From NCBI RefSeq assembly GCF_006345805.1, contig NC_042997.1:100502001-100566000 (forward strand): a DNA stretch of 64,000 nt, in the 5' to 3' direction. Within the stretch, counting starts at the first letter, position 1. The number at the start of each line of letters is the position of its first letter. The position numbers and the translations under genes are program-made. The notes under the pieces were generated by a model, which was given only the letters and a program-made list of their open reading frames with translations, did not search any database and had not been told where the DNA came from. Below are positions 24,520 through 37,767 of this stretch, one piece after another. Source of the stretch: Octopus sinensis (taxonomy: Eukaryota).

Positions 24520-24697
<178 letters not shown>

Positions 24698-24760
24698 GGT
24701 CCTGGGTTGAGTCGGGGTTAACCACAGTAAATAAGGTACTCAATACATAGCAGAGTAAAT

Positions 24761-24871
24761 TAATTTATTTATAGAAGGAGCTTCTACAGGACTAGAACTG
24801 TTTCATTCAAATGATTTCATTTGAATGAAACAGTTCTAGTCCTGTAGAAGCTCCTCCTATAAAATAAATTA
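24761..24871. repeat. Near-perfect DNA palindrome (39-bp perfect arms, 2-nt spacer)
   Basis: 24776-24814 is the exact reverse complement of 24817-24855; extends to about 55 bp with one mismatch and one bulge. Confidence 0.95.
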
Positions 24872-26384
24872 TATATATATATATATATATGTATGTACGT
24901 ATGTAAGAGTATGTGTGTGTCTTTGTCTCTGTGTTTCTCCCTCATCACTGCCTCACAACTGCTGTTTGTTTATATACATCCCCATAACTTACTGGTTTCA
25001 CAAGAAGAAACTGGTGGAATACGTACCAGTTAAGACCTACAATTTAGTCATTTTATCTAAGCAATGATGAATACAGTTGTACTCTTGGAAGCTATAGGGT
25101 CATCCTAGCATAAAAGATGAGCGTTGTTTGTAATTCAGTGGTACAACAGTATAAGAGTTTGCTTTCAGATATACTTAGATTATGATTTCTGCAATGTGGT
25201 GCATAAATTGTCAAGTAAATGACATTTGCATCTTTGCCTCCACTGATTCAGTTTCAAAGTGTTTAGTAAAGTTATTTGGTTGCAGACCTCCTTTGAGTCT
25301 TTTTATTATCACTGGGTCGCACATAGTCCCCGATGGTAACATTGATTTCAAGGCCTTCCCAGATGAGTGACTGGTTATTGAAAGACATTTATAGATTGTA
25401 AATTTATTCTGTCCAGTTATCTATCGGTATAGTGGTCATTTTGCAAACTTCAGAGGTGACACTTTCATTTCCCCTTAGCCCTCACATCACACAGTTGTTA
25501 ATGTTTGAGTTGGGTCACACCCTTCCAATTGCTATAGATCCATAATGCATCTTACGGCTGTGCCTGTCACCTCTGTGGTGAAGAATCCTACATTGGGGAG
25601 TAGTAACAACTGGGGTAGGGTAGCTGACTGCTTATTGTGATCATTCGTCTTTTGGTTTCCTATAGCTTTGCTCTCTTTTACAAACCCAGTGAACATACAT
25701 ATATTTCCTATTTCAAAGTAATTCAAACAATACATATAAGACCCAAGTTAAAAAGATTATCAACAATTCAACTTCTCTGGTTGACATTAAGACACCCACC
25801 CCCAATAGGGGCCTTAACTCCCACATTTTGGAGCTCCATGACATCCATTTTTCAGGAGCAAAATCCTTTTAACAGGTTCCATAAGACTGGAATTTTAGAT
25901 TCTGCGCATAAAGATCAGTAGTATGGGATACATGTATCATGATTAAAACTTTTTAGGGTGTGTAAAGAGGGAAAGAACCCTCATCTGCAATTTTGATAAA
26001 ATTCGAATCAGAGGTATTCCAATTCATTAGAGAAAATATAACAGAAAAGTCTAATTCTTCAATTGCATGTAACACATGCAATGCTGGGTATCTCTGCTAG
26101 TTATATATAAAGCTACAAGCTTTACTTAGTTCATTCAGAGTTGCCTCTCTTAGGTACATCTCATTGACAAGATTCAATAAACTCAAAACATCGATGTCTG
26201 AGATTCCCAAGAGATGGCAACACTGAACGAATCTGGTGTTTTCACACCTTTTTCCAAGAAGAGAGATTTTTATCTCCATAGTAACTGCAGTGTATTTGCC
26301 TTTAGCAGTTGAAATATGTGACAAACATATTTCAACTAACCTTAATTGTGATTATACATAAATATATATCATCGTATTTATCAT

Positions 26385-28162
26385 CATCATTTAGCGTCTG
26401 AAATCTATGCTGGCATGGGTATGATGGTTTGACCAGGGCTGGCAAGCTGGAAGGCTGCACCAGATTTCAGTCTGGTTTGGCATGCTTTCTATGGCTGGAT
26501 GTACTTCTTAACGCCAACCACTCTGAGAATGTAATGGGTGCTTTTACATGCCACTGGCATGGGTGCCATTTGCATGACACCAGTATTTACTATGACTGCC
26601 ATTTTACTTGGCTTGATGGGTTTTCTCAAGCATGTCATAATGCCAAAGGTTTTAGTCATTACCTCTGTGTGGCCCAACACTTGAAAGGAGCTTTTCACAT
26701 GGCACCAGAAAGGTGCTTTTTGCATACCACTGGCATGGGTACTAGTTACATGACACCAGCATCAGCCACGACTATGATTTCACCTGGTTTGATGGGTTTT
26801 CTCAAGCACAGCATATCGCCAAAGGTCTTGGTCACTAGTCATTGCCCCTACAAGACCCTAAGTTCAAAGATCATGCTTCACCACCTCATCCCATGTATTC
26901 CTGGGTCTACCTCTACCACAGGTTCCCTCTACAGTTAGAGATCTGCACTTTACACAGCTGTCCTTGTCCATACACATCACATGGCCATACCAGCACAGGC
27001 GTCTCTCTTGCTCACTACATCTGATGCTTCTTATGCCCAACTTTTCACTGAAGATGCTTACACTCTGTCGAACATGCACACTGACATAACACATCCAGTG
27101 AAGCATACTGGCTCCATTTCTTTCATGCCTGTGCATGTCCTCGGTTGTTACAGCCCATGTTTAACTGCTGTGTAGCATAGCTGTTTGCACACAGGCATCA
27201 TACAATCTGCCTTTCACTCTAAGGGAGAGGCCTTTGTTGCAGCAGAGGTAGGACCTCTATGAACTTTGCTCCACCTAATCTTATTCTCACAACTACTTTC
27301 TTGGAGCAGCAACCTCTGCTACTGACTTGGTTACCTAAATAACAAAAGTTATTTACTACCTCTAGCTTATGCCACTGGCAGTTGATGGAGCCTATTTTCT
27401 GTGCATTTTCGATGTTTCTTGTACCTGTGCATCTTCCACACACAAAAGGTACTTTCCCTGTTAACCTTCCTCTGATGTTGCTGTACCTCTTATGTGTCCA
27501 TTGCTTACACTGGGTACATCTTATGGAGTTTCTACCTATGCCTTTCCTGCAGATTGAACAGGACCGTCTACCTGAAGGGATTTGTGGTGTGTCTGTCTTC
27601 CTACTTATTAAAACTTTGGTTTTGGCTAGGTTAACTCTAAGGCCCTTCAATTCTAGACCTTGCTTCCATACCTGAAACATCTTCTCTAGTTTGGGTAGTG
27701 ATTCAGCAAATAGAACAAGGTCATTGGCTTAGAGGAGCTCTCAAAGGCAGCCTTTCTTAAATTCCTCTGTTATTTCCTGGAGGACTATGATGAACAAAAG
27801 GGGGCTGAGGACTGATCCTCATACCCTGAATTCTTCACTGTATTCATTGCCAACCCTCAGCTTACTGGTAGCATCCATGACATGGTTTGTACAGCTCTCA
27901 CCAACCACTTGTCTATCCCTAGTTTTTGCATTCATGACCAGATAAGGGATTGTGGGACCCTATCAAAAGCTTTCTCCAAATCAACAAAAGCCAAGTACAG
28001 AGGTTTATCTTTGGCTGTGTATTCTCCTGCATCTGCCTTACCAGAAATGTAGCATCAGTGGTGCTTCTTGGCACAAAACCAAACTGCAGCTCATCTAGAC
28101 TAACTTTCTCCCTAATTAGTTGGGCTGTGGCCCTCTCCATAACTTTCATCACCTGATCCAAC

Positions 28163-28165
<3 letters not shown>
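26385..28165 (-). mobile_element. Decayed RTE LINE RT/C-terminal fragment plus 3'UTR and tail
   Basis: LQFGFVP, FQVWKQGLELKGLRVNLAKTKVL, WYGHVM, EGTCGRGRPRNTWDEVVKHDL on the minus strand; (CAT)n tail near 26385. Confidence 0.85.
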
Positions 28166-28217
<52 letters not shown>

Positions 28218-28479
28218 TTTGTGTCTGTGTTTGTTCCCCACCCCCATCACCACTTGACAACCAGTTTTGATGTGTTTACGTTCCTGTAACTGAGTAGTTT
28301 GGCAAAAGAGATTGATAGAATAAGTACTAAGCTTACAATATATGTCCTCAGATCAATTCTTTTCAACTAAAATCTTTCAAGGCAGTGCTTTAGCATGGTC
28401 ACTGTCAAATGACTGAAACAAGTAAAAGAATAAATGAATAAGAATGTGTCTGTGTGTGTGTGTGTGTGTATAAACTGTA

Positions 28480-29000
28480 AGAGCATTCAGGAAATAGATT
28501 CTTTCCTAGATGGCTTCCTGAATGTGAATGATAGCTTTTGTTACCTAGGTAACCAAATTAGTTGTAAGGTGGATATTCTGAGAGTAAGGTAGCTAGCATA
28601 AGACTGGACTAGAAAACAATGGGCTTGTGTGAAAAAATTCACTACTGCACAGCAATGACTCATGGGCCTTAAGGGTGGAAGACATGCAAAGTTTTGAAAT
28701 AAATGAACTCACGATACTTCACTAGATGTGTCATGTTAGTGTGCATGAACAACAAAGTACAAATGAATTGAGAGATAAACTGGGTATAAGAGAAATCAGC
28801 TGTAGTGTGTAAGAGAAGAGATGGTACTTGTATGGGCACGTGATGGAAATGAAAGATGAGTGCTCAAAGTGAATGAGACTTGTGGGAGAGTGAAACCTAG
28901 TAAGACTTGAGATGAGGTGGTGAAAAATGATCTTGGTATGTTATATCTGATGAAGGAATGTGTTGAAAATTGTGTTGACTGGTGATATTCAGTGCTGCAG
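28480..29000 (+). mobile_element. Highly decayed RTE C-terminal fragment
   Basis: gatagcttttgttacctaggtaaccaaattag and aagacttgagatgaggtggtgaaaaatgatc match the RTE copies. Confidence 0.6.
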
Positions 29001-30293
29001 AAAGCCCTGATATCTCCGTCAAGCTTAGAGCATGCACCCCTCTATCTGCAGTGCCTTTTTTTTACTCTCTGTACCACTGATCTGTTGTCCATTCCATACC
29101 CTTGCAAGTCAGACCAGCTGTTCTATTAACTGTTGTGCCTATTCTACTCCCTTTCATTTCCTCTTCTCACAATGCCTTAACTGAGAGGAAAGTACCTAAT
29201 TTTTGCATATTGAATATTTTCTTTCCCCAAACCTTCACCATCTACATCCTGCTACCATTCCTTGTTCTTATATCAAAAGTCATGGCCCTTCAATGGGGGA
29301 GGGGTTGCATGGTGGAAACCTTTACCCACCTTCCTTCACTCACCTGTCATCATGCTCTTTTGGACATGCTACCTTGAAAATATACTCTAGCCTGACATTG
29401 TCATCTTATGTACCTTTCCTTTGCACCTCTCTGTCTACCCAGAGTAGTATTATATCTCTCCCTACTCAACACCCCCTCATTCTCCTCTAATCACTGACTC
29501 TCATTTACTTATCTTCTGACATTATCATTTCCTTTACCTTTCCCATTCTCCTCCCATTACCCACTTCTATCTTATGGCAGATAGTGTAGCACTAAACATC
29601 TCTTTACCCACCCTGCTATCTTATCATTCTTTTTCAGTTGTCCACTTATGCTACTTTCCACTTCCCCCTTATAATCCACTTCTGTCTTACAGTGTTCCTA
29701 CGCTTTCTCAACAATAAAACTATGTAACACCATTAATATCAATATCTTTGACCCTGACAAATCCATCTAACTGACCTGACCCATCACTGGTCAACCTACT
29801 CAACACATCCTTTTGCCATTGCCTCATTATCCCCTCCTCATTGATACTAACCCTCCTCTCCTCTCTGCTACTCCCATCTGAACATTGTTTCTTCTGTTAT
29901 TTGCTCTGTCACCATCTTTTCACAATAAACTTGTTCTTTTCCTTCATGGAGTACTCTCTTTCTGTTTGTAAGCTGCAAGGCAACCCCAATAGTGCTGGTG
30001 CCATAAAAAGCTCCCAGCACATGCTAAGCTAAGTGTTTGGTAATCAATTTGGACAGTGATAACACAGGGCTTGAGAGGTCTTTTTAGTCTTGCTGATGGC
30101 AAGGCAACTACAATGGTGTTGGTATCATGAAAAAAATGCACCCAGTACACTCTGTAAGGTAGCTGGTGTGAGGAGCCACAGAAACCATTTCAAAGGATGT
30201 GACATTGATTCAATGGTTGAAGGTAGAGTTGGTCCTCTGACCTGTTAAATCTTGTCATACCATCCTGTGCCAGCATGACTTGAACTGATGGTG

Positions 30294-30351
<58 letters not shown>

Positions 30352-30754
30352 ACACACACACACACATACATACATATGTATTTATATACTCTTATTTATC
30401 TCATACTTGTTTTGGCCATTGGACTGTGGTCATGCTGGGGCATTGTCTTGAAGGATTTAATTAAAGAAATTGACTTCAATACTTGTGTTGTTTTTTAAGT
30501 CTGGCTCTATTTTGCTGAACCACTATGTTATGAGGATCCAGATAAACCAACACCAGTTGTCAAGTGGTGGTCAAACACAGCCACACACATATAGACATAT
30601 ATATATATATACACACACCTCACACAGTATATGTGTGTGTGTATGTGTGCGTGTAATATTTTGGATTAATGGGCATATGTCAATTAGTATGTTAATGTGT
30701 TGAGTAAAACACTGGCACAGTTTGGGTTACCTGGTGTCATCCACAGTTGGGGTA

Positions 30755-30897
30755 TATGGTGTGGCTGTGTGGTAAGAATCTTGCTTTCCGATCACATGGT
30801 TTCATTGTGCAACACCTTGAGCAAGTGTCTTTTACTATAGCCTCAGGTTGGTCAAGGCCTTGTGAGTGGATTTAGTAGATGGAAACTGAAAGAAGCC

Positions 30898-30954
<57 letters not shown>

Positions 30955-31065
30955 AGGCTAGACATGGCTGTGTGGTAAGAAGCTTGCTTTCCAACCACAT
31001 GGTTCTGGGTTTGGTAGGTGAACATTTTTGAGTGGATTTGGTTGGTGGAAACTGAAAGAAGCCTA
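30755..31065 (+). mobile_element. Two tandem family A SINE heads separated by (TA)n
   Basis: Homology to the 9425 and 41765 copies. Confidence 0.7.
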
Positions 31066-31089
31066 CTGTATATATATGTACAGTGTATA

Positions 31090-31950
31090 TGTATGTACAG
31101 GATCCATAAAAACTACGGAGACTTGGGAAATTGATTCTCTCAAATGTCCTCGCTGCTCATTAGAGTTAGTAGATAATTTCTGTTACCTAGGGGACCAAAT
31201 TAGTAATGGGGGGAAGATGCACAAAGAGTGTGATAGCTAAAATGAGATTAGGATGGAGGAAATTAGAAACCTTTTACCTCTGTTGGATATGAAAGGTTTC
31301 TCTCCAAGTGAAAGAAAGATTGTACAATGCATGTATATGGACAGCAATTCTACATGGTAGCGAGATGTGGGCCCTGAATGCAGAGGACATGCGATAATTT
31401 GAGAGGAATGAGGCTGGATGTAATGTAAGTCTTAGTGTATTGAGAGGGAAGTTAGGCATAGGAGGAATTCGATGCTGTGTGCAAGAGAGAAGAAATGGTT
31501 TAGTCATGTGATGCAGATGAATACTGACAGGTCTATAAAAAAGTGCCAATCTCAAGATAGATAGAAGATGTGGAAGATGGAGATCTAGGAAGACATAGGA
31601 TGAAACACTGAAGGATGACCTCAGGATGTTGAACCTTTCAGATGAGATGACATAAGACTGAGATGCCTGGCGCCTTGCTGTACTCCATATTCCAGAGCAG
31701 AAATGTTAAGGCCACTCCCCATGGTGAAGAGGATTGGCCTGCAAGAGTCCTGTGCTGGTGCCATGTAAAAAGCACTTGTGCCAGTTCCACACAAAGGTGC
31801 TCATGCAGTGGTATGTAAAAGTACCCAGCACACTCTGTAAAGTGGTTGGCATTAGGAAGGGCATCCAGCCATAAAAACCATGCCAAATCAGACTGGATCC
31901 TGGTGTAGCTCTCCAGCTTGCTAGCTCTGGTCAAACTGTCCATTCCATGC
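31090..31950 (+). mobile_element. Decayed RTE C-terminal and 3'UTR fragment
   Basis: CSLELVDNFCYLGDQIS, ctacatggtagcgagatgtgggcc, ggcattaggaagggcatccagcc. Confidence 0.7.
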
Positions 31951-32258
31951 CAGCAAATTCACTGCTGTTACAATGGATAAAAAATTCTCTCTTATGGTAA
32001 AAGATGTAAAAACACCATATCCGCCTAATTTTTTTTTCTCAGTAACTACAGTGAATTTGCCTTTAGAAGTTAAAATAAAGTTACAGCTTTCAGTCTGCTC
32101 AGGGTTATTTGTTTCTGTTATTTTCCATTAAGGAAGGTTAAAGAGTCAAATGAAATATGTTGTGTCAAAACAATTGTAGTGATCAATAAATAAATGTCCA
32201 ATCATACTCTTTCTTCAGGACTCCAATTTCCATTTCTAACAGAATATAACATAACTAT

Positions 32259-32294
<36 letters not shown>

Positions 32295-32418
32295 AACTTA
32301 CTTGGAGAAAAGAAACGAAACGACGTGATGGTGCTCAGTCATACAATAATTTAATAAATAAAATATATGCATACATACATATATGTACGTACCTACATCT
32401 ACATGTATATATACATGC

Positions 32419-32439
<21 letters not shown>

Positions 32440-32449
<10 letters not shown>

Positions 32450-32800
32450 AATACAGGTCACCACAAATAAACGTAGAACACAACGAGAAACGAAAGCATA
32501 AAAACAACTAGGAAACGGACTTTTTTTTAACAACGAAAAAACAGAGTACAAGACAAACAATGCAAGGAATATTCCCCTTCATCAGCTGTCCCTGGATCGA
32601 CTCAATGCGTGTTTCGAAGGTAAGGACAGAACACGACCCGTCGATTCAGTCCTTCCTGTGAAAGAATTAAAATAAAATTCCTCTACAGAGGGGTAAAGAC
32701 AAGGAAAGAAAAAAATGTGACAAGAACAGGACGTAAAAGCAATACAAATAAAATACAATTACAAATACAAAATAAAAATACAAACACAAAAAAATTCACT
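32440..32800 (-). mobile_element. Probable Penelope-like terminal relic
   Basis: Minus strand carries CTGATGAAGGGG and CCTTCGAAAC, hammerhead-like half-motifs typical of PLE termini; family assignment is from memory. Confidence 0.3.
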
Positions 32801-33898
32801 ACACATTAAGGGCTGTCTTTTAAGCCTAGACGATGGATAAATTCAGAGCGCAAAAATAGCCATGTTGGCTTGTACAAAGCTGCCAGTGAAAGGAAGTAGG
32901 TAGTCGACTAGGCAGTGAGAGAGATAGAGCGGAAAGGAAACCAGAAAGGGTGAAAAAGAGAGACAGGCAAAGAGGAAGACAGATAGGAAGGAAGGAAAGG
33001 TCAAGCAAAGGATTACAGAGTTCGCGTCTTAAGTATATATATATATATATTATTGCATCTGAGAAGAGTCATTCTCTTTTAGTGCCTTATTACTTATCAC
33101 ACTCAATGGTTCAATTTCCACTCATTTACTTATTTATTCCCCCCCCCCTCTCTCTCTCTATATATATATATATCTTGATAATACTAAAACTCTAGGGGTT
33201 TTTTGTCTACCCAAAATATCTCAGAAATAGTATATTTTATCTTAATTTTTTTTGCATATTTACTTTCATATTTACTTTGGCAGTGCAGTACAAATTTTTG
33301 TGACATTTGGACCTCTACTTATTAATGAAAACAAATAAATACAATTTTTGTTTGTTATTTCTTGAAAAAAAGCATGGCTTTTGTGACGTCAACACACATA
33401 CACAATACACAGACATATAATGAATGTCATGGCATATCAATCAACACAAACACACATCCACTATCTGTGACATATACACACACATATAGTCCTCATGCTC
33501 TCTAAGAAAAAAAAATGTTGACTTTTTGACATACACAATATTTTAATCATTTAGAAATATTTTTAGCTGAATGTGATTTTAAACATATAAGTTGTTTGTA
33601 CAGTAAGTATTTATATTTTACCTTTCTTTAAGCAGACAATATTTTAGTGTTTTTTTAAAATTATTTTCAAGTTGTTAATTTCCATTAAAATTTTTCATTT
33701 ATTTACTTTGTTTTAAAGTGAAAGAGAAGAGAAAGTTTGAAAGATGTAGGTACATGTATATGAAATGGACATGTGTGTGTGAAAGAGAGAGCAGAGAGAG
33801 AGAGAGAGAAAGAAAGAGAGGGAAAAAGAGAGAGTGAAAGAGTAAGAGAAGGAGTGTGTTGTCATTAATTCTACCTTTCTTTTTTTATTATTTTGTAG

Positions 33899-34041
33899 TT
33901 ACCAGCTAATATGGTACAATTAAAAATATTCCACTCCTGACAGACTTGAAAGAAACAGAAATACCTCATCAGAATGGAGAAGATGGAAACGTATCATTAA
34001 TAAATTATTGAAAGTTGGCAAAAAGCACTAAAAATTCCAAA
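33899..34041 (+). promoter_or_regulatory. ABCC10 5'UTR segment with two uORFs (33911-33940, 33974-34000)
   Basis: Polypyrimidine tract plus TAG at 33896-33898; ATGs at 33911, 33974 and 33983, all out of frame with the CDS. Confidence 0.65.
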
Positions 34042-35625
34042 ATGACATTCACCTGGAAATGGCAAGATTTATGTGGAAAGGGAAAGAATTTTACTGAGTG
34101 GCGAGCTGGGGATTTTGGCTATTGCTTTGAACAACTAGCAATCATCTGTCCAACTCATCTCATTCTTGCAATCTGCAGTGTTTATTTTGCAGCTGCAGCT
34201 CAAGACAATAATCGCAATCTTGGAGAAATTCTCTCACCGCCATGGTTTCTAATCTTACGTGTTTTGGTCACTGTATTGCTAATGATCATTCCAATAACTG
34301 GAGTTACTCTTTCTACATTATTAAATTACCAGAAGCTAAGTATCATGGATGGTGTTACAGAATGCATCATTGCTTTCACTTGGTTGACTAATTTGGTTTT
34401 CTTGTGGTATCTCCGAGAAGTATATTGGCTGAGCTTACGTGGACCAGTCATAATGAATTTGGCTGTCTTACTTACGCTTGCATCTCGTATTATTCAGACT
34501 CGTAGTGTGGCACTGCATCATCTGATTCATCCAAATTTAAATAATCCAATTGAGGAGTATACAGTGTATATATCATTAGCATTTCATTGCTTGTATCTTG
34601 TTTCAATTTTGCCCTCAAGGCGGCGTGAAGATATACCTGGCCAGTCTTTCCTCATTAATTATGATCCCTTAGAGACTGAACCTCTAATTTCAGATCATGT
34701 TAATAATTATGGTGGTATACAAGTTGATCATAGACAAGTAGAAATTGCAGAAGATGGATCCAGTTGTTTTTCCCGTTTATCCTTCCATTGGGTACAACCT
34801 ATGATGCGGCGTGGAACAAGAAGTAAAATTGCTTCTGTAGGAGACTTACATCATCTACCTCGACGTCTTCGAACACACACAATTGTACAGAATTTTAGTA
34901 ACAGTTTAATTCAATACATACTAAGCAAAGGAAGAGCTCAAAGTCAAACAGATCCTTTCTGGGATAACAATGAGGAATCTATCAATAGTTTTTCTGCATC
35001 ACCTTCCATTGCTATTCAAGATCCATCTTCTCAAAATTGTGGAAAACATTCTCTCTTTAAAACTTTATTCAAAGAATATGGTAATGAATATGTTCTTATA
35101 GGCATCTTGAAAATCTTTACAGACATTTTAAGTTTTTCTGGTCCAATTCTTCTCAACTACCTTATTTCTTTTATGGAAAACAGTAAGACCAAAGAATCTG
35201 ATGGAATATTTTATGCTTGCACACTTTTTCTCACTTCTTTGATTGGATCATTCTGTTCCTCGCAATTCACATATCGTATACAAGTACTTCAGTTCAAAGT
35301 TCGAGCTGCTATTATAACTACATTATACAAAAAAGTTTTGTCTGTAAACAATGTTCTGATGTCTGAATTTTCTGCTGGGAAGATTGTTAATTTTATGAGT
35401 ACTGATACTGATCGGATTGTTAATTTTTGTGTAAGTTTTCACCAATTATGGAGCTTACCCTTAAAAGTTGCCATAGCTCTGTTCCTTCTCTATCAGCAAA
35501 TTGGACTTTCTTTTTTAGCTGGTTTAACATTCACACTTGTAATTATTCCAGTTAACCGATGGTTAGCATTTAAAATCCAAGATATTAGCAAGCTTAATAT
35601 GTTGCAGAAAGATGCTCGTGTTAAA
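34042..35625 (+). CDS. ABCC10: ABCC10 coding exon 1 (TMD0, L0, most of TMD1)
   Basis: ATG 34042 with in-frame TGA upstream at 34009; MTFTWKWQDLCG...FMSTDTDRIVNFC...DARVK; donor AAA|GTAAGT, phase 0. Confidence 0.93.
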
Positions 35626-37563
35626 GTAAGTAACCTTGTATGCAGTTTTCTTTTATGAATGTATTATTTATTTATGTGATGAGTAATTAATTCCACATGA
35701 TGAAGTTATTAACGAGTTTCCCTACATAGAGATCTAAGAACCTTCCTTAAGTGTATCATGGATGGTGTAACATTTTGCAATAATTAGTTATTAAATATTA
35801 TTTACTTATACTTGTGTCAGTATTCATCCAGACTGAGTTGAACTGGCCCCAATCAATAAATTCACAGCATCATGAGCAAAAGCCATCTATACCTGGCAAT
35901 CACAGCTGTCCAACATAGAGATCATCAACCAGCTATAATTCAGATTGCAGACGCCATACGCATGAACTTAAGTAACTGAATACCTGATCTGATCATTTTA
36001 GTCCATATTTTCAGCTGTCCATGTTGCCATTTATGCCAGCCTGGAAGGGACTCTATTATGACTGCATTGCAGATGAGTTTCCTGCGGACAACTGAATATG
36101 TGATCAACCAAGGGCAGTATAAGAGTTGTTGAAAAGAATCAATCTGACAACCATACTGAACTTTAAGGTTTGACATAAAATCCAAAGTGCTGCTTTCATC
36201 ATTAATACTGCTTATGTCTGTCTTAGGTAGAGCAAGTTAAAATTCTCTGAATACTTTTATTCTGCTATTAGGTAAGCATATTCCTAGTAGCTACATGTCA
36301 ACTGTAAAATTAAATTTCTTGGTCATTCCTGTAATAGTGTTAAACATCTATCAAAAAATAGAATTGGTATTTTCTGAAAGTCATGTTATGTTAATAAACT
36401 TGACATATCTCAACAGAAAATTACCTCAAAGATGAAATTCTTTAACAAAATATAGATTAGTACATAAACTTTAGGTTAGTTCAAATATGTTTGTGACATA
36501 TTTTAACTTCCAAAGACAATTTCACTGCAATTTACCCCAGAGAAGAAAAAAACACTTGTTTATGGTAAAGATGTAAATACACAATTAGCAGCTCAGTAGT
36601 ACCCTGCATTGGACCCCTAGATGTATTTCTGGTTTGCTATTCCTTCTCCATTGGGAGATAGCAAAGAGAGTTAACCTGAGCTGATTAGAAAGTCATAGCT
36701 TTATAATGAATTAGTGAATACTAGTGACTGATTCATGCTCATAGACTGCCTGGTTAGAACAAAATATTGGTATATAAAACTGCCTTCTGCAGTTAAGGGT
36801 AATGAAATTTTGAGTGAATCTATGTTTCCCATAGTAAAAGGGTTAAGATGTATTTTTACATTACAATATAACTCTGAAATGGAAGCATCTCACTTTTTTA
36901 TAACTAAACAAAAAGAAAAACTTCATAAGAAAACCTTTTTATATTGCTCTTTTTTTTTTATCTAATAATGCTTAATTTGATTTCTTGATTTTTTAAGGTA
37001 TTTCTTAGGTCTTCAATTTTGATGACAATGTTTGAGAATGATATTTTAAAAAAAGTAATTATAAGCCTTCCCCAAAAGAAGCCTATTTTTTCAAACAGAA
37101 AATCTATGCCTGCTGAAACTTTCAAGACTTCTTTTATGTATATAGTTACTTCAATCTAAAATTTTTCCCTTTTTTTTTTCTTTTTGATAGTTTTAGGAAG
37201 AATGACAATGCTCTATATTGAACTTGTTTAGTTTGGAAGAGTTTTTTTCAAAAAATGTATATAACAGAGAGTTACTCTTTGCAGTACCTGTTTAGATATA
37301 AATGGATTTATCTGCTGGGAGTTATATGTCTAGGATTTGGGTACAACAGAATGCTGGTGACAGGGTATAAACTGATGACTTCTCAACTGGCTGTCTGATA
37401 CCCATCAGCATGTTTCCCACATCATTTTGAAGTTTAACATTATAAGATAATTAGTTAATTTTGATGAGGTTAGTATTTAATCTAAAATCATTGATTATTA
37501 ATGGGAATATTATGAGAGGTGGAAGTTGTGAAAGCTGTAGCTTAAGGAGGAAAAATACTTTAA

Positions 37564-37767
37564 CCCTCTGGCATTCAGATTACTATGTCAAATGTAATGC
37601 TTATTTATTCACATTGATTTAGATTAGTCATCTTACCTTGTAGCTTTAAGATTTTAGTTACATGATTGTTAATTTTGAAAGTAATATTGTAAGGTGTGAG
37701 ATCTGGCTGGTTTGAAGATAAAATAAGATCATTTTAATCAGCTATGGCCAGTTTAAATGCTAAAGGA
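37564..37767 (+). mobile_element. piggyBac-like MITE (ABCC10 intron 1)
   Basis: TTAA|CCCTCTGGCATT...AATGCTAAAGGA|TTAA. Confidence 0.7.

Noticed and set aside
33781-33850. (GA)n purine tract as a GAGA promoter or H-DNA element for ABCC10
   Set aside because: It lies upstream of a strong splice acceptor, so it is probably intronic; such tracts are common in this genome.
34015-34041. TTG-initiated 9-aa N-terminal extension in the ORF track
   Set aside because: ATG 34042 is in adequate context and starts the MRP7-like N-terminus; non-AUG initiation is not supported.
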